From Chitinophagaceae bacterium (GTDB lineage: Bacteria; Bacteroidota; Bacteroidia; Chitinophagales; Chitinophagaceae): 64,000 bases of DNA. The notes below the pieces were generated by a model. It made no database searches. It saw only the letters and a program-made list of their open reading frames with translations, and was not told where the DNA came from. Of this stretch, positions 42,461 to 50,371 are shown piece after piece. Position 1 is the first letter of the stretch. Every line of letters starts with the position of its first letter. Both the position numbers and the translations under genes were made by a program. The stretch covers positions 51 through 64,050 of the forward strand of contig DATHDP010000020.1 in the NCBI GenBank assembly GCA_035318985.1, in the 5' to 3' direction.

Positions 42461-43213
42461 ATGAGACTAATTCTTGCTTTTGCAATAGCAATTTCTTTTG
42501 TTGCCTGCAATGATAATTCTGCAGAAAAAAAAGAAGAAACAAAGATCGAACCCGTGACAAATAATAATCCTTTACTTACTGACGAAGAACAAAAAGATGG
42601 CTGGCAATTATTGTTTGATGGAACTACTATAGCTGGTTGGCATAACTATGGTGGTGGCGCGGTTAGTAACTTATGGAAAGTGGAAGATGGTACTCTTAAA
42701 TTTGCGGGTGCAGAAAAAAAAGATACTATAGGTCATGATATAATTACCGACAATGAGTATGAGAACTTCGATCTGAAACTTGAATGGAAGATCGATACTG
42801 CTGGAAATAGCGGTATCCTGTTTTATGTACAGGAAGATGCTGCACATCCTAAGCCATACTGGACAGGACCAGAAATGCAGATACTCGATAATGAAAGGCA
42901 TGACGATAGAAAATATCCTAAGCACCGTGCTGGTGATCTGTATGACCTGATCAGTTGCAGTAAAGAAACAGTAAAGCCAGCTTTGGAGTGGAACCAGGTA
43001 GAAATAAAAAGTGTGAATGGCAAACTTGATTTTTTCTTAAATGGAGAGAATGTGGTTTCTACAACTATGTGGGATGATAAATGGAATAAAATGATCGCCG
43101 CAAGTAAATTTAAACAATGGCCGGGCTTTGGTACATTTAAAAAAGGAAAGATCTGTTTGCAGGATCATGACTGCAATGTTTGGTTTAGAAATATAAAAAT
43201 TAAAAAGATGTAA
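42461..43213 (+). CDS. DUF1080 (3-keto-disaccharide hydrolase family) lipoprotein
   Basis: It has a lipobox (AISFVACNDN). Family blocks are present: DGWQLLFDGTT..GW, WKVEDGTL, YENFDLKLEWK...GNSGI, and the C-terminal ICLQDHDCNVWFRNIKIK. Confidence 0.8.
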   Translation: MRLILAFAIAISFVACNDNSAEKKEETKIEPVTNNNPLLTDEEQKDGWQLLFDGTTIAGWHNYGGGAVSNLWKVEDGTLKFAGAEKKDTIGHDIITDNEYENFDLKLEWKIDTAGNSGILFYVQEDAAHPKPYWTGPEMQILDNERHDDRKYPKHRAGDLYDLISCSKETVKPALEWNQVEIKSVNGKLDFFLNGENVVSTTMWDDKWNKMIAASKFKQWPGFGTFKKGKICLQDHDCNVWFRNIKIKKM

Positions 43214-43234
43214 TTTAAATTTGTAAGAATTAAA

Positions 43235-43261
43235 AGCCCCGCTATCGGCGGGGCTTTTTTG
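43235..43261 (+). terminator. Intrinsic terminator ending the plus-strand operon
   Basis: GCCCCGC (43236-43242) pairs with GCGGGGC (43248-43254), followed by TTTTTT. Confidence 0.8.
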
Positions 43262-43331
43262 TTTATAAAAGCAGTTTTTGAAAATCCGTTTATTGTTTAT
43301 AGCTTTTACATCCAAACCAAAACTAACTAAC

Positions 43332-43757
43332 ATGAACACTGCATTTTTTTCACATCTTAACTGGTGGGCAATTTTAGTAGCAGCAATTGCCTATTTTATA
43401 CTTGGCGCTGCCTGGTACTCAAAAGCTCTTTTTGGTACTAAATGGGCACAGCTTATAAAACTTGATACGAATAATCCCGATCTTAAAAATGGAATGGGGA
43501 AAATGATGGCTTCTACTTTCATATTGATTTTAATTGTCTGTTTTGCTCTTTCTGTGCTCATTCGCATGATCGGGTTTGAAGATAATTTATTGTATGGAAT
43601 AAAACTTGGCTTGCTTACAGGTTTTGCTTTTGCCTCTACAGCAGTAAGTATTAATTATGTTTATGAAAACAAACCTTCAAATCTATACCTGATCAATAAT
43701 GGTTACCATGTAATAGGTCATGTGCTTGCTGCAACCATTCTTGTTTTGTGGCGATAA
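43332..43757 (+). CDS. DUF1761-family membrane protein
   Basis: I prefer the ATG at 43332 (MNTAFFSHLNWWAILVAAIAYFILGAAWYSKALFGTKW). It has four hydrophobic helices. Confidence 0.65.
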   Translation: MNTAFFSHLNWWAILVAAIAYFILGAAWYSKALFGTKWAQLIKLDTNNPDLKNGMGKMMASTFILILIVCFALSVLIRMIGFEDNLLYGIKLGLLTGFAFASTAVSINYVYENKPSNLYLINNGYHVIGHVLAATILVLWR

Positions 43758-43770
43758 AATATAATGGAAG

Positions 43771-43806
43771 AAAAAGCGTCATTGAAAATTCAATGACGCT
43801 TTTTTA
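43771..43806. terminator. Bidirectional terminator between convergent genes
   Basis: AGCGTCATTG (43775-43784) pairs with CAATGACGCT (43791-43800). An A-run lies upstream and a T-run downstream. Confidence 0.75.
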
Positions 43807-43807
43807 T

Positions 43808-45298
43808 TTAATCAAGTTTGGTGATCTTGAGTGTATTGGTTGGTAAATGAAGATGTACAGGTGTGCTTCCTGTACTAACTGCAACATCGCCGGATTTTAA
43901 AAATCCTCTTTCTTTTAGTATTTCTATCTGGTCAAAGATAATATCATCAAGGCTTTCTTCTTCATCATAAAAGAAAGCTCTTACACCCCAGCTAAGACTC
44001 AGTTGATTTACAAGAGTTCTTTCTTTTGTAAAAATAAATAATGGCGCTTTGGGGCGATAACTGCTAAGCATAAAAGCAGTATATCCACTTTGTGTCATAC
44101 CAATAAGGGCCTGTGATTCGACATCTTTTGCAAGTTTACATGCATTATAGCAAACTGCATCACTTAAGAAAGATGGTGAATGAGGTTGCGGCGCCAATTC
44201 ATCTTCAAGGCTGTAATGATAATCTGTTTTTTCTACTTCTTCAATGATCTTTACCATGGTTTCTACTACTAATGTCGGATGTGCACCTGTTGCTGTTTCG
44301 CCACTCAACATTACAGCATCTGCGCCTTCCAGCACAGCATTAGCAACATCGGTGATCTCGCTACGATTTGGTTTTGTTCTTTCGATCATGCTTTCCATCA
44401 TTTGTGTAGCAACGATCACTGGCTTAGCACGATGAAGACATTTTTTGATAATTTGTTTTTGGATCAAAGGGACTTTTTCAATTGGTAATTCTACACCGAG
44501 ATCGCCGCGGGCAACCATGATGCCATCAGATTCTACAATGATGTCTCGGATATTTTCTACTGCTTCTGGCTTCTCGATCTTGGCAATGATCTTTGTTTTA
44601 CTTTTCTTTTCTTCCAGTTTATTACGAAGAATGATAAGATCCTTTACATTTCTTACAAACGAAAGTGCTACCCAGTCTAATTTTTGTTCAATGATGAAAT
44701 CAAGATCCACAAGGTCTTTATCTGTCAACGCTGGTAAGGTGATCTTTGTATCGGGTAAATTAATCCCTTTTTTAGACGAAAGAGCTCCGCCAAGCGTTAC
44801 CACCACTTTTACATCGTTATTTTTTTCAATGCTTAAAACCCTAACTTCTAATTTTCCATCATCTATTAAAATGATGTTTCCAATTTTTACATCACTGTGA
44901 AAATTGGGATAGGAGACATAGATCTTCTCTTTATTGCCAATTACTTTTTCATTGGTAAATGTGAGAATATCACCCTCAACAACTTCGATATGACCATTTT
45001 CAATTTCTCCTACTCTTAATTTAGGTCCCTGCAGATCGCCGAGTATGGCAATGTTGTAAGGTTCTTTTTTATTTATATTACGAATATGTTCAATGATCTT
45101 TCCTTTGTCTTCATGCGAACCATGAGAAAAATTCAAACGAAATACATTTACTCCTGCTCTCACAAGAGCGAGCAATTTATCGTAAGTATCGCAAGCCGGG
45201 CCAACAGTCGCTACAATTTTTGTGCGATGATTCGTATGCTGAACACCCGCTTCTTTGTTCATTGATTTCTGAAAATACTTTTCTACTTTTTTACTCAT
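43808..45298 (-). CDS. pyk: Pyruvate kinase
   Basis: Blocks present: RTKIVATVGPA, NFSHGSHE, MVARGDLGVELP, ATQMMESM. Confidence 0.95.
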   Translation of the reverse strand: MSKKVEKYFQKSMNKEAGVQHTNHRTKIVATVGPACDTYDKLLALVRAGVNVFRLNFSHGSHEDKGKIIEHIRNINKKEPYNIAILGDLQGPKLRVGEIENGHIEVVEGDILTFTNEKVIGNKEKIYVSYPNFHSDVKIGNIILIDDGKLEVRVLSIEKNNDVKVVVTLGGALSSKKGINLPDTKITLPALTDKDLVDLDFIIEQKLDWVALSFVRNVKDLIILRNKLEEKKSKTKIIAKIEKPEAVENIRDIIVESDGIMVARGDLGVELPIEKVPLIQKQIIKKCLHRAKPVIVATQMMESMIERTKPNRSEITDVANAVLEGADAVMLSGETATGAHPTLVVETMVKIIEEVEKTDYHYSLEDELAPQPHSPSFLSDAVCYNACKLAKDVESQALIGMTQSGYTAFMLSSYRPKAPLFIFTKERTLVNQLSLSWGVRAFFYDEEESLDDIIFDQIEILKERGFLKSGDVAVSTGSTPVHLHLPTNTLKITKLD

Positions 45299-45308
45299 GA
45301 GATTTTTT

Positions 45309-45749
45309 ATTTCTAAATTTCTTGTTTCAAGATTTTCTATCCTTAAATTTTAGCCCTTTTTGATCACTCGTGTTTAGATACTTTATAAAATTTGCAATGT
45401 GTGATGCAAGATTTTTATATTCTTCATTTAGCTCATTCAATTCCGATTCATTCCAATAATCACTTTCAAACCCTCTGAATAGCTGTGATCTGACTTCTCC
45501 CGTTGACCCCTTTGAATAGCTTAACGCATTTACAAACTCAAGCCTGCTGTCTCTTTCGAAACCTTCCGCAATATTATCCATTACTGAACCAGCTGCTTCT
45601 TTAAAATTATTTTTAAACCGAAAGTCTTTTGCAACCTCTTCTCTCTTTATCAGGTCGAGAATCTTTTTGTATAATCTTCTTGCTTCTTTCCAAATTTCAA
45701 GTTCTTCAAAGGATGTTATGGTGGCCATTTAATTTTGAAATTTAGAAAT
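45309..45749 (-). mobile_element. ORF-in-a-stem mini-element: four-helix-bundle gene bracketed by 13-bp perfect inverted repeats
   Basis: ATTTCTAAATTTC (45309-45321) is the exact reverse complement of GAAATTTAGAAAT (45737-45749). The element sits in the pfkA-pyk intergenic spacer. Confidence 0.5.
45327..45728 (-). CDS. Four-helix-bundle protein (23S rRNA intervening-sequence protein family)
   Basis: The family pattern is FEELEIWKEARRLYKKI...DNIAEGFER......SKGSTGEVRSQL. The size is about 130 aa. Confidence 0.85.
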   Translation of the reverse strand: MATITSFEELEIWKEARRLYKKILDLIKREEVAKDFRFKNNFKEAAGSVMDNIAEGFERDSRLEFVNALSYSKGSTGEVRSQLFRGFESDYWNESELNELNEEYKNLASHIANFIKYLNTSDQKGLKFKDRKS

Positions 45750-45763
45750 CAGAAATACAAAAT

Positions 45764-46747
45764 TTAACTCGCTAATATCTTTACGATCCTCAACCATTCT
45801 TCGCTGATCCTTACTTTATTTTTTACAGCATTCTCCAGCGGTATATAATGCATTTTATTATTCATGATCCCTACAAAAACATTGTGTCTTCCTTCCATTA
45901 AAGATTCTACTGCATGAAAGCCCATACGGCTGGCTATTAACCTGTCAAGACATGAAGGAGAACCGCCTCTTTGAATATGACCAAGTATGCACACCCTTAT
46001 TTCCGCCTGAGGTAATTTTTCTTTCAGGATCTTATGCACCTCATTGGCGCCACCAAATTCATCACCTTCTGCAACAACGATAAGGTTTACTAACTTTTTC
46101 CTTCTTTCTTTTTCCTGTAGTGATGATACAATATCATTGATATCAGTTTTTCTTTCTGGTATCAAAATATTCTCAGCACCGGTGGCGATACCACTATGTA
46201 AAGCAATATATCCTGCATCACGCCCCATTACTTCAATAATAAAAATGCGGTCATGTGCATCCATCGTATCCCTTACTTTATCGATCGCTTCTACGGCTGT
46301 ATTCACTGCTGTATCAAACCCGATGGTAAAATCAGTTCCATAGATGTCTTTATCAATTGTACCTGCAATACCAATGCAGGGGATATCAAACTCCTGGCTA
46401 AATTTTACAGCGCCGCGAAAAGAGCCATCGCCACCAATAATAATGAGACCATTAATACCCCGCTCTTTTAAATTATCGTATGCTCTTTGTCTTCCTTCGT
46501 ACTCGAAAAAATCTTTACATCGGGCAGTTTTTAAAATAGTACCTCCACGCTGGATAATATTTGCAACAGAACGTGTTTCCATTTTCATAATATCATCATC
46601 GATCATACCCTGGTAGCCACGCAAGATCCCATATACTTCCAATCCATGATAGATCCCTGTTCTTACAACGGCACGAATAGCTGCATTCATACCGGGTGCA
46701 TCTCCGCCAGATGTAAGAACTCCAATTTTTGTTACTTTATTTATCAT
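45764..46747 (-). CDS. pfkA: ATP-dependent 6-phosphofructokinase
   Basis: Blocks present: IGVLTSGGDAPGMNAAIRAVV, IIGGDGSF, GHIQRGG. I prefer the ATG at 46747 (MINKVTKIG...) over 46777. Confidence 0.95.
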   Translation of the reverse strand: MINKVTKIGVLTSGGDAPGMNAAIRAVVRTGIYHGLEVYGILRGYQGMIDDDIMKMETRSVANIIQRGGTILKTARCKDFFEYEGRQRAYDNLKERGINGLIIIGGDGSFRGAVKFSQEFDIPCIGIAGTIDKDIYGTDFTIGFDTAVNTAVEAIDKVRDTMDAHDRIFIIEVMGRDAGYIALHSGIATGAENILIPERKTDINDIVSSLQEKERRKKLVNLIVVAEGDEFGGANEVHKILKEKLPQAEIRVCILGHIQRGGSPSCLDRLIASRMGFHAVESLMEGRHNVFVGIMNNKMHYIPLENAVKNKVRISEEWLRIVKILAS

Positions 46748-46773
46748 AGCAGTTTTAAAGGTTAAACGAAAAA

Positions 46774-46790
46774 ACAAACAACTGTTTGAA
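46774..46790. promoter_or_regulatory. Second copy of the 17-nt box ACAAACAACTGTTTGAA
   Basis: It is identical to 39343-39359. It lies 27-43 nt upstream of the pfkA ATG, in the divergent region shared with the prolyl oligopeptidase gene. Confidence 0.4.
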
Positions 46791-46951
46791 TTTTATTAGG
46801 TTAACCGGCCGCCAAAAATAATGTTTTGTTTTTTTATCGTGTTTTTTTTACACAGGACTTATCCCCTCTGTTTACCCTTTATCAGTAAATCAACTTTTTG
46901 CAATTGGTTATCCCTAATTTTATTCACTACAAAACAATAAAAAGTATACAT

Positions 46952-49099
46952 ATGAAAAGGGTTTTTCTATCGCTTATCTATTTCTTGCCGGTTTTTTTGG
47001 TTGCACAGTTTAACTATCCTGTTACAAAAAAAGTGGATACCGTAACTAACTATCATGGTACAATGGTTGCCGATCCCTACCGTTGGTTGGAAGATGACCG
47101 AAGTGAAGAAACCAAACAATGGGTGACGGAAGAGAATAAAGTGACATTCGGTTTTCTTGATAAGATCCCTTACCGTGCACAATGGTTAAAAAGATTGGAG
47201 GAAATAAATAATTATCCCAAGTATGGTTCACCATCAAGAAAGAACGAATATTACTATTTTTCAAAAAATGATGGCTTACAAAATCAAAATGTATTGTATC
47301 GCCAGAAAGGATTAAATGGCGAGCCAGAGTTGGTTTTAGATCCTAATAAATTTTCTGCCGATGGAACAAGTGGACTTGGCGCTTTTGCTCTTTCGAAAGA
47401 TGGCAAGTATGCGGTAATTGGAAAAACAATAGGCGGAAGTGACTGGCGTACTTTTTTTGTAATGGATATGGCAACACTTAAATATTTACCGGATTCACTG
47501 GCATGGGTAAAAGTTTCAGGAGCATCATGGAAAGGAAATGGTTTTTATTATAGCCGTTATCCAACCCCGGAAAAAGGAACAGAGCTGTCAACTAAAAATG
47601 AAAATCACCAGGTGTATTATCACAAGGTAGGTACATCACAAAGCGAAGATGTATTAGTTTATGAAGATGCTGTCAATCCACAACGTTTTCATGGCGTATT
47701 CACAAGCGAAGACGAACGTTATGTGTTTTTGAATATATCTGACCGCGGAAAAGCAAAAGACGGGAATGCACTTTGGTATTTTGACAGTAAAAGCGATGAC
47801 AAAACTTTTAAGCCAATTATTAAAGAAGCAGGGGATTATAATTATAATTTTTTAGAGGAAGTTGATGGAAGATTTTTAATACTGACAAATGACGGCGCAT
47901 TGAACCGGCGCATTGTTTCTGTTGATCCAAAAAACCCTGATCTTGCGAATTGGAAAACAGTGATCGCTGAAAAGCCAGAAAATATTTCTTCAGCTGCTAC
48001 AGCGGGAGGTAAATTATTTCTCACTTATTTAAAAGATGTAACAAGCAGAGTTTATGTATATGATTATAATGGCAAATTAGAAAGAGAAGTTAAGTTGCCG
48101 GCATTAGGAACTGCAGGTGGTTTTGGCGGAGAAAAAGACGACAAGTTTGTTTTCTACACATTTACATCAATTACATTCCCCCCGACAATTTATCGTTATG
48201 ATATTGCCAGTGGAAAAAGTACAGTTTTCAGAAAACCTGAAGTGAAATTTAACCCGGAAGAATATACAATGGAGCAAGTTTTTTATCCGGGCAAGGATGG
48301 AACAAAAGTTCCGATGTTCATTGTATATAAAAAAGGAACACAAAAGAACGGTAAGAATCCAACGATACTTTATGGATATGGTGGATTTAATATCAGCAGC
48401 AATCCCTCTTTTTCTTCAACAAGAATTGCGTGGCTGGAACAAGGTGGAATATTTTGTATAGCTAATTTGAGAGGCGGAAGTGAATATGGTGAAAAATGGC
48501 ATGAAGCAGGTATGCGATTAAAAAAACAAACTGTATTTGATGATTTTATTGCTGCTGGCGAATATTTGATATCTGAAAAGTATACTTCAAAGGATTATCT
48601 CGCATTGCAGGGAGGATCAAATGGCGGGTTGTTGGTTGGAACTGTTATTAATCAACGTCCGGATCTGTGTAAGGTGGCAATACCGCAAGTGGGAGTGATG
48701 GATATGTTACGTTTTCATAAGTTCACGATCGGCTGGAATTGGATAGCAGAGTATGGAAGCAGTGATAATGCAAGTGATTTTAAAAACTTATATGCTTATT
48801 CACCGATCCATAATATTAAAGAAGGAGCGAATTATCCTGCGACATTGATCACAACAGCGGATCATGACGACAGGGTAGTGCCGGCACATTCATTTAAGTA
48901 TGCTGCTACTTTGCAGGAAAAATATAAAGGCAACAATCCGGCTTTGATCCGGATAGATGTAAACTCAGGGCACGGTGCCAGCAACCTGAGAAAAGGATTA
49001 GAAACAACGGCAGATATTTATTCATTTATTTTTTATAACATGAAGCTGACGCCAAAATTTGAAGGCGTAAAATTCCAGGAAGCAAAAAAACCATTCTAG
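46952..49099 (+). CDS. Prolyl oligopeptidase (peptidase S9A), secreted
   Basis: A signal peptide follows the ATG at 46952 (MKRVFLSLIYFLPVFLVAQ). The N-terminal block is DPYRWLED. The catalytic Ser is in GGSNGGLL, and the Asp/His region is DHDDRV...GHG. Confidence 0.92.
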   Translation: MKRVFLSLIYFLPVFLVAQFNYPVTKKVDTVTNYHGTMVADPYRWLEDDRSEETKQWVTEENKVTFGFLDKIPYRAQWLKRLEEINNYPKYGSPSRKNEYYYFSKNDGLQNQNVLYRQKGLNGEPELVLDPNKFSADGTSGLGAFALSKDGKYAVIGKTIGGSDWRTFFVMDMATLKYLPDSLAWVKVSGASWKGNGFYYSRYPTPEKGTELSTKNENHQVYYHKVGTSQSEDVLVYEDAVNPQRFHGVFTSEDERYVFLNISDRGKAKDGNALWYFDSKSDDKTFKPIIKEAGDYNYNFLEEVDGRFLILTNDGALNRRIVSVDPKNPDLANWKTVIAEKPENISSAATAGGKLFLTYLKDVTSRVYVYDYNGKLEREVKLPALGTAGGFGGEKDDKFVFYTFTSITFPPTIYRYDIASGKSTVFRKPEVKFNPEEYTMEQVFYPGKDGTKVPMFIVYKKGTQKNGKNPTILYGYGGFNISSNPSFSSTRIAWLEQGGIFCIANLRGGSEYGEKWHEAGMRLKKQTVFDDFIAAGEYLISEKYTSKDYLALQGGSNGGLLVGTVINQRPDLCKVAIPQVGVMDMLRFHKFTIGWNWIAEYGSSDNASDFKNLYAYSPIHNIKEGANYPATLITTADHDDRVVPAHSFKYAATLQEKYKGNNPALIRIDVNSGHGASNLRKGLETTADIYSFIFYNMKLTPKFEGVKFQEAKKPF

Positions 49100-49126
49100 T
49101 ATATTTGATACATATTTTCTCACAAG

Positions 49127-49157
49127 TTACCGCCTTCAACGGCGGTAATTTATTTTT
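49127..49157 (+). terminator. Intrinsic terminator after the prolyl oligopeptidase gene
   Basis: TTACCGCC (49127-49134) pairs with GGCGGTAA (49141-49148), followed by TTTATTTTT. Confidence 0.7.
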
Positions 49158-49158
49158 G
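49151..49158 (+). promoter_or_regulatory. Candidate TAnnTTTG -7 box immediately upstream of cmk
   Basis: TATTTTTG ends 7 nt before the ATG at 49166, which would imply a very short or absent leader. It overlaps the terminator T-tract. Confidence 0.25.
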
Positions 49159-49165
49159 CAAAGAC

Positions 49166-49849
49166 ATGGGCAAGAAGATTATTATAGCAATTGATGGATG
49201 GAGCAGTTGTGGAAAAAGCACTTTGGCAAAAGAGCTTGCAAAGGAGTTGGGATATTTATATGTTGATAGTGGCGCTATGTATCGTGCCATTACACTTTAT
49301 TTTTTACGCAATCATGTTGACTGGACCGATAAGTCGGAAGTAAAAAAAGCATTAAATGAAATTTCTCTTGAGTTTATATATAACGAGAAAAGCCAGCAAA
49401 GTGAAATGCATCTGAATGAAGAGAATGTGGAATATGTGATCCGTGACCTGGTTGTTGCAGAAAAAGTAAGTGATGTGGCCGCTATTAAAGAAGTAAGAAA
49501 ATTTGCTGTTGAACAACAGCAATTAATGGGTAAAAAGAAAGGAATAATAATGGATGGTCGTGATATTGGAACTGTAGTGTTTCCCAAAGCCGAGCTTAAG
49601 ATCTTTCTTACCGCGGATAATGCGGTGAGGGTAGAAAGACGGTTTAAAGAGCTTTTTGAGAAAAATCCTAATGTTACGATCGAGGAGATCAAAGCAAATC
49701 TTGAAATGCGGGATTATATTGACAGCAACCGCGAAGAAAGTCCGCTTAGAAAGGCCGATGACGCCATTTTAGTGGATAATACGAATATGACAGCTAAAGA
49801 AACTATCCAGAAAGTGGCAAAGCTGGCAAAACAGATCATAACGACGTGA
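49166..49849 (+). CDS. cmk: Cytidylate kinase
   Basis: It has the P-loop IAIDGWSSCGKST, plus YVDSGAMYRA and GRDIGTVVFP. Confidence 0.93.
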   Translation: MGKKIIIAIDGWSSCGKSTLAKELAKELGYLYVDSGAMYRAITLYFLRNHVDWTDKSEVKKALNEISLEFIYNEKSQQSEMHLNEENVEYVIRDLVVAEKVSDVAAIKEVRKFAVEQQQLMGKKKGIIMDGRDIGTVVFPKAELKIFLTADNAVRVERRFKELFEKNPNVTIEEIKANLEMRDYIDSNREESPLRKADDAILVDNTNMTAKETIQKVAKLAKQIITT

Positions 49850-50371
49850 ACTTAAACGAGGCTGTTTCTATTTTTTAAAGCCACCACTCAGGTGCTAATG
49901 ATTGACCATGGTTATTTTTTTAAAGAAAATTGGTAATAGTATTTGTATTTCTAAAAACCTTGTTTATTTTCGCATTTCGATTGAGTAGAATCAATCTCCC
50001 CAAAATTTCACTCTCCTATCTAAAAAGCCGTTGGTTAAAAAATCCGATTCGTTTGAACTCTGCGTGTAGCTGCAATGTTTATTGCTTTGCAATAGCCATT
50101 AAAGCACAAAGGTTTTTCCAATACTTCTGAAATATCAACCACCAATTTTCCATTGAGCTAACCCAAGCCATGTCTGCCGTAGGCATGATAAGTCCCTTCC
50201 TATTCTGAATGCCAAGGTTTCCAAATTCCTGATGGATCACCACATTAATTGTGGATGAAATAACTCATCATATACGCTACCCTGAAAAAAAGCCGAAGGG
50301 TAGTATTCGTTAACTGTAAAAACTATTTATTTAAAAACGGGTCCATAAAACGGCCCACAAAACCTTGAAGC

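Noticed and set aside
44445-44900. Long antisense ORFs inside well-supported genes. Examples: 44445-44900 in pyk, 7489-7926 in iaaA, 50651-51055 and 59477-59920 in secreted protein genes, 36202-36606 in a TIM-barrel gene, and 24785-25195 in the TlpA-like gene.
   Set aside because: Each lies wholly within a gene that has strong family motifs on the other strand. Their translations are low-complexity or Ser/Leu/Ile-rich, as expected for shadow frames in AT-rich DNA.
49930-50130. A 66-aa ORF in the long spacer after cmk.
   Set aside because: It starts at a non-ATG codon, has no recognisable motif, and is hydrophobic/low-complexity in AT-rich sequence. I treat it as non-coding (see the finding on this spacer).
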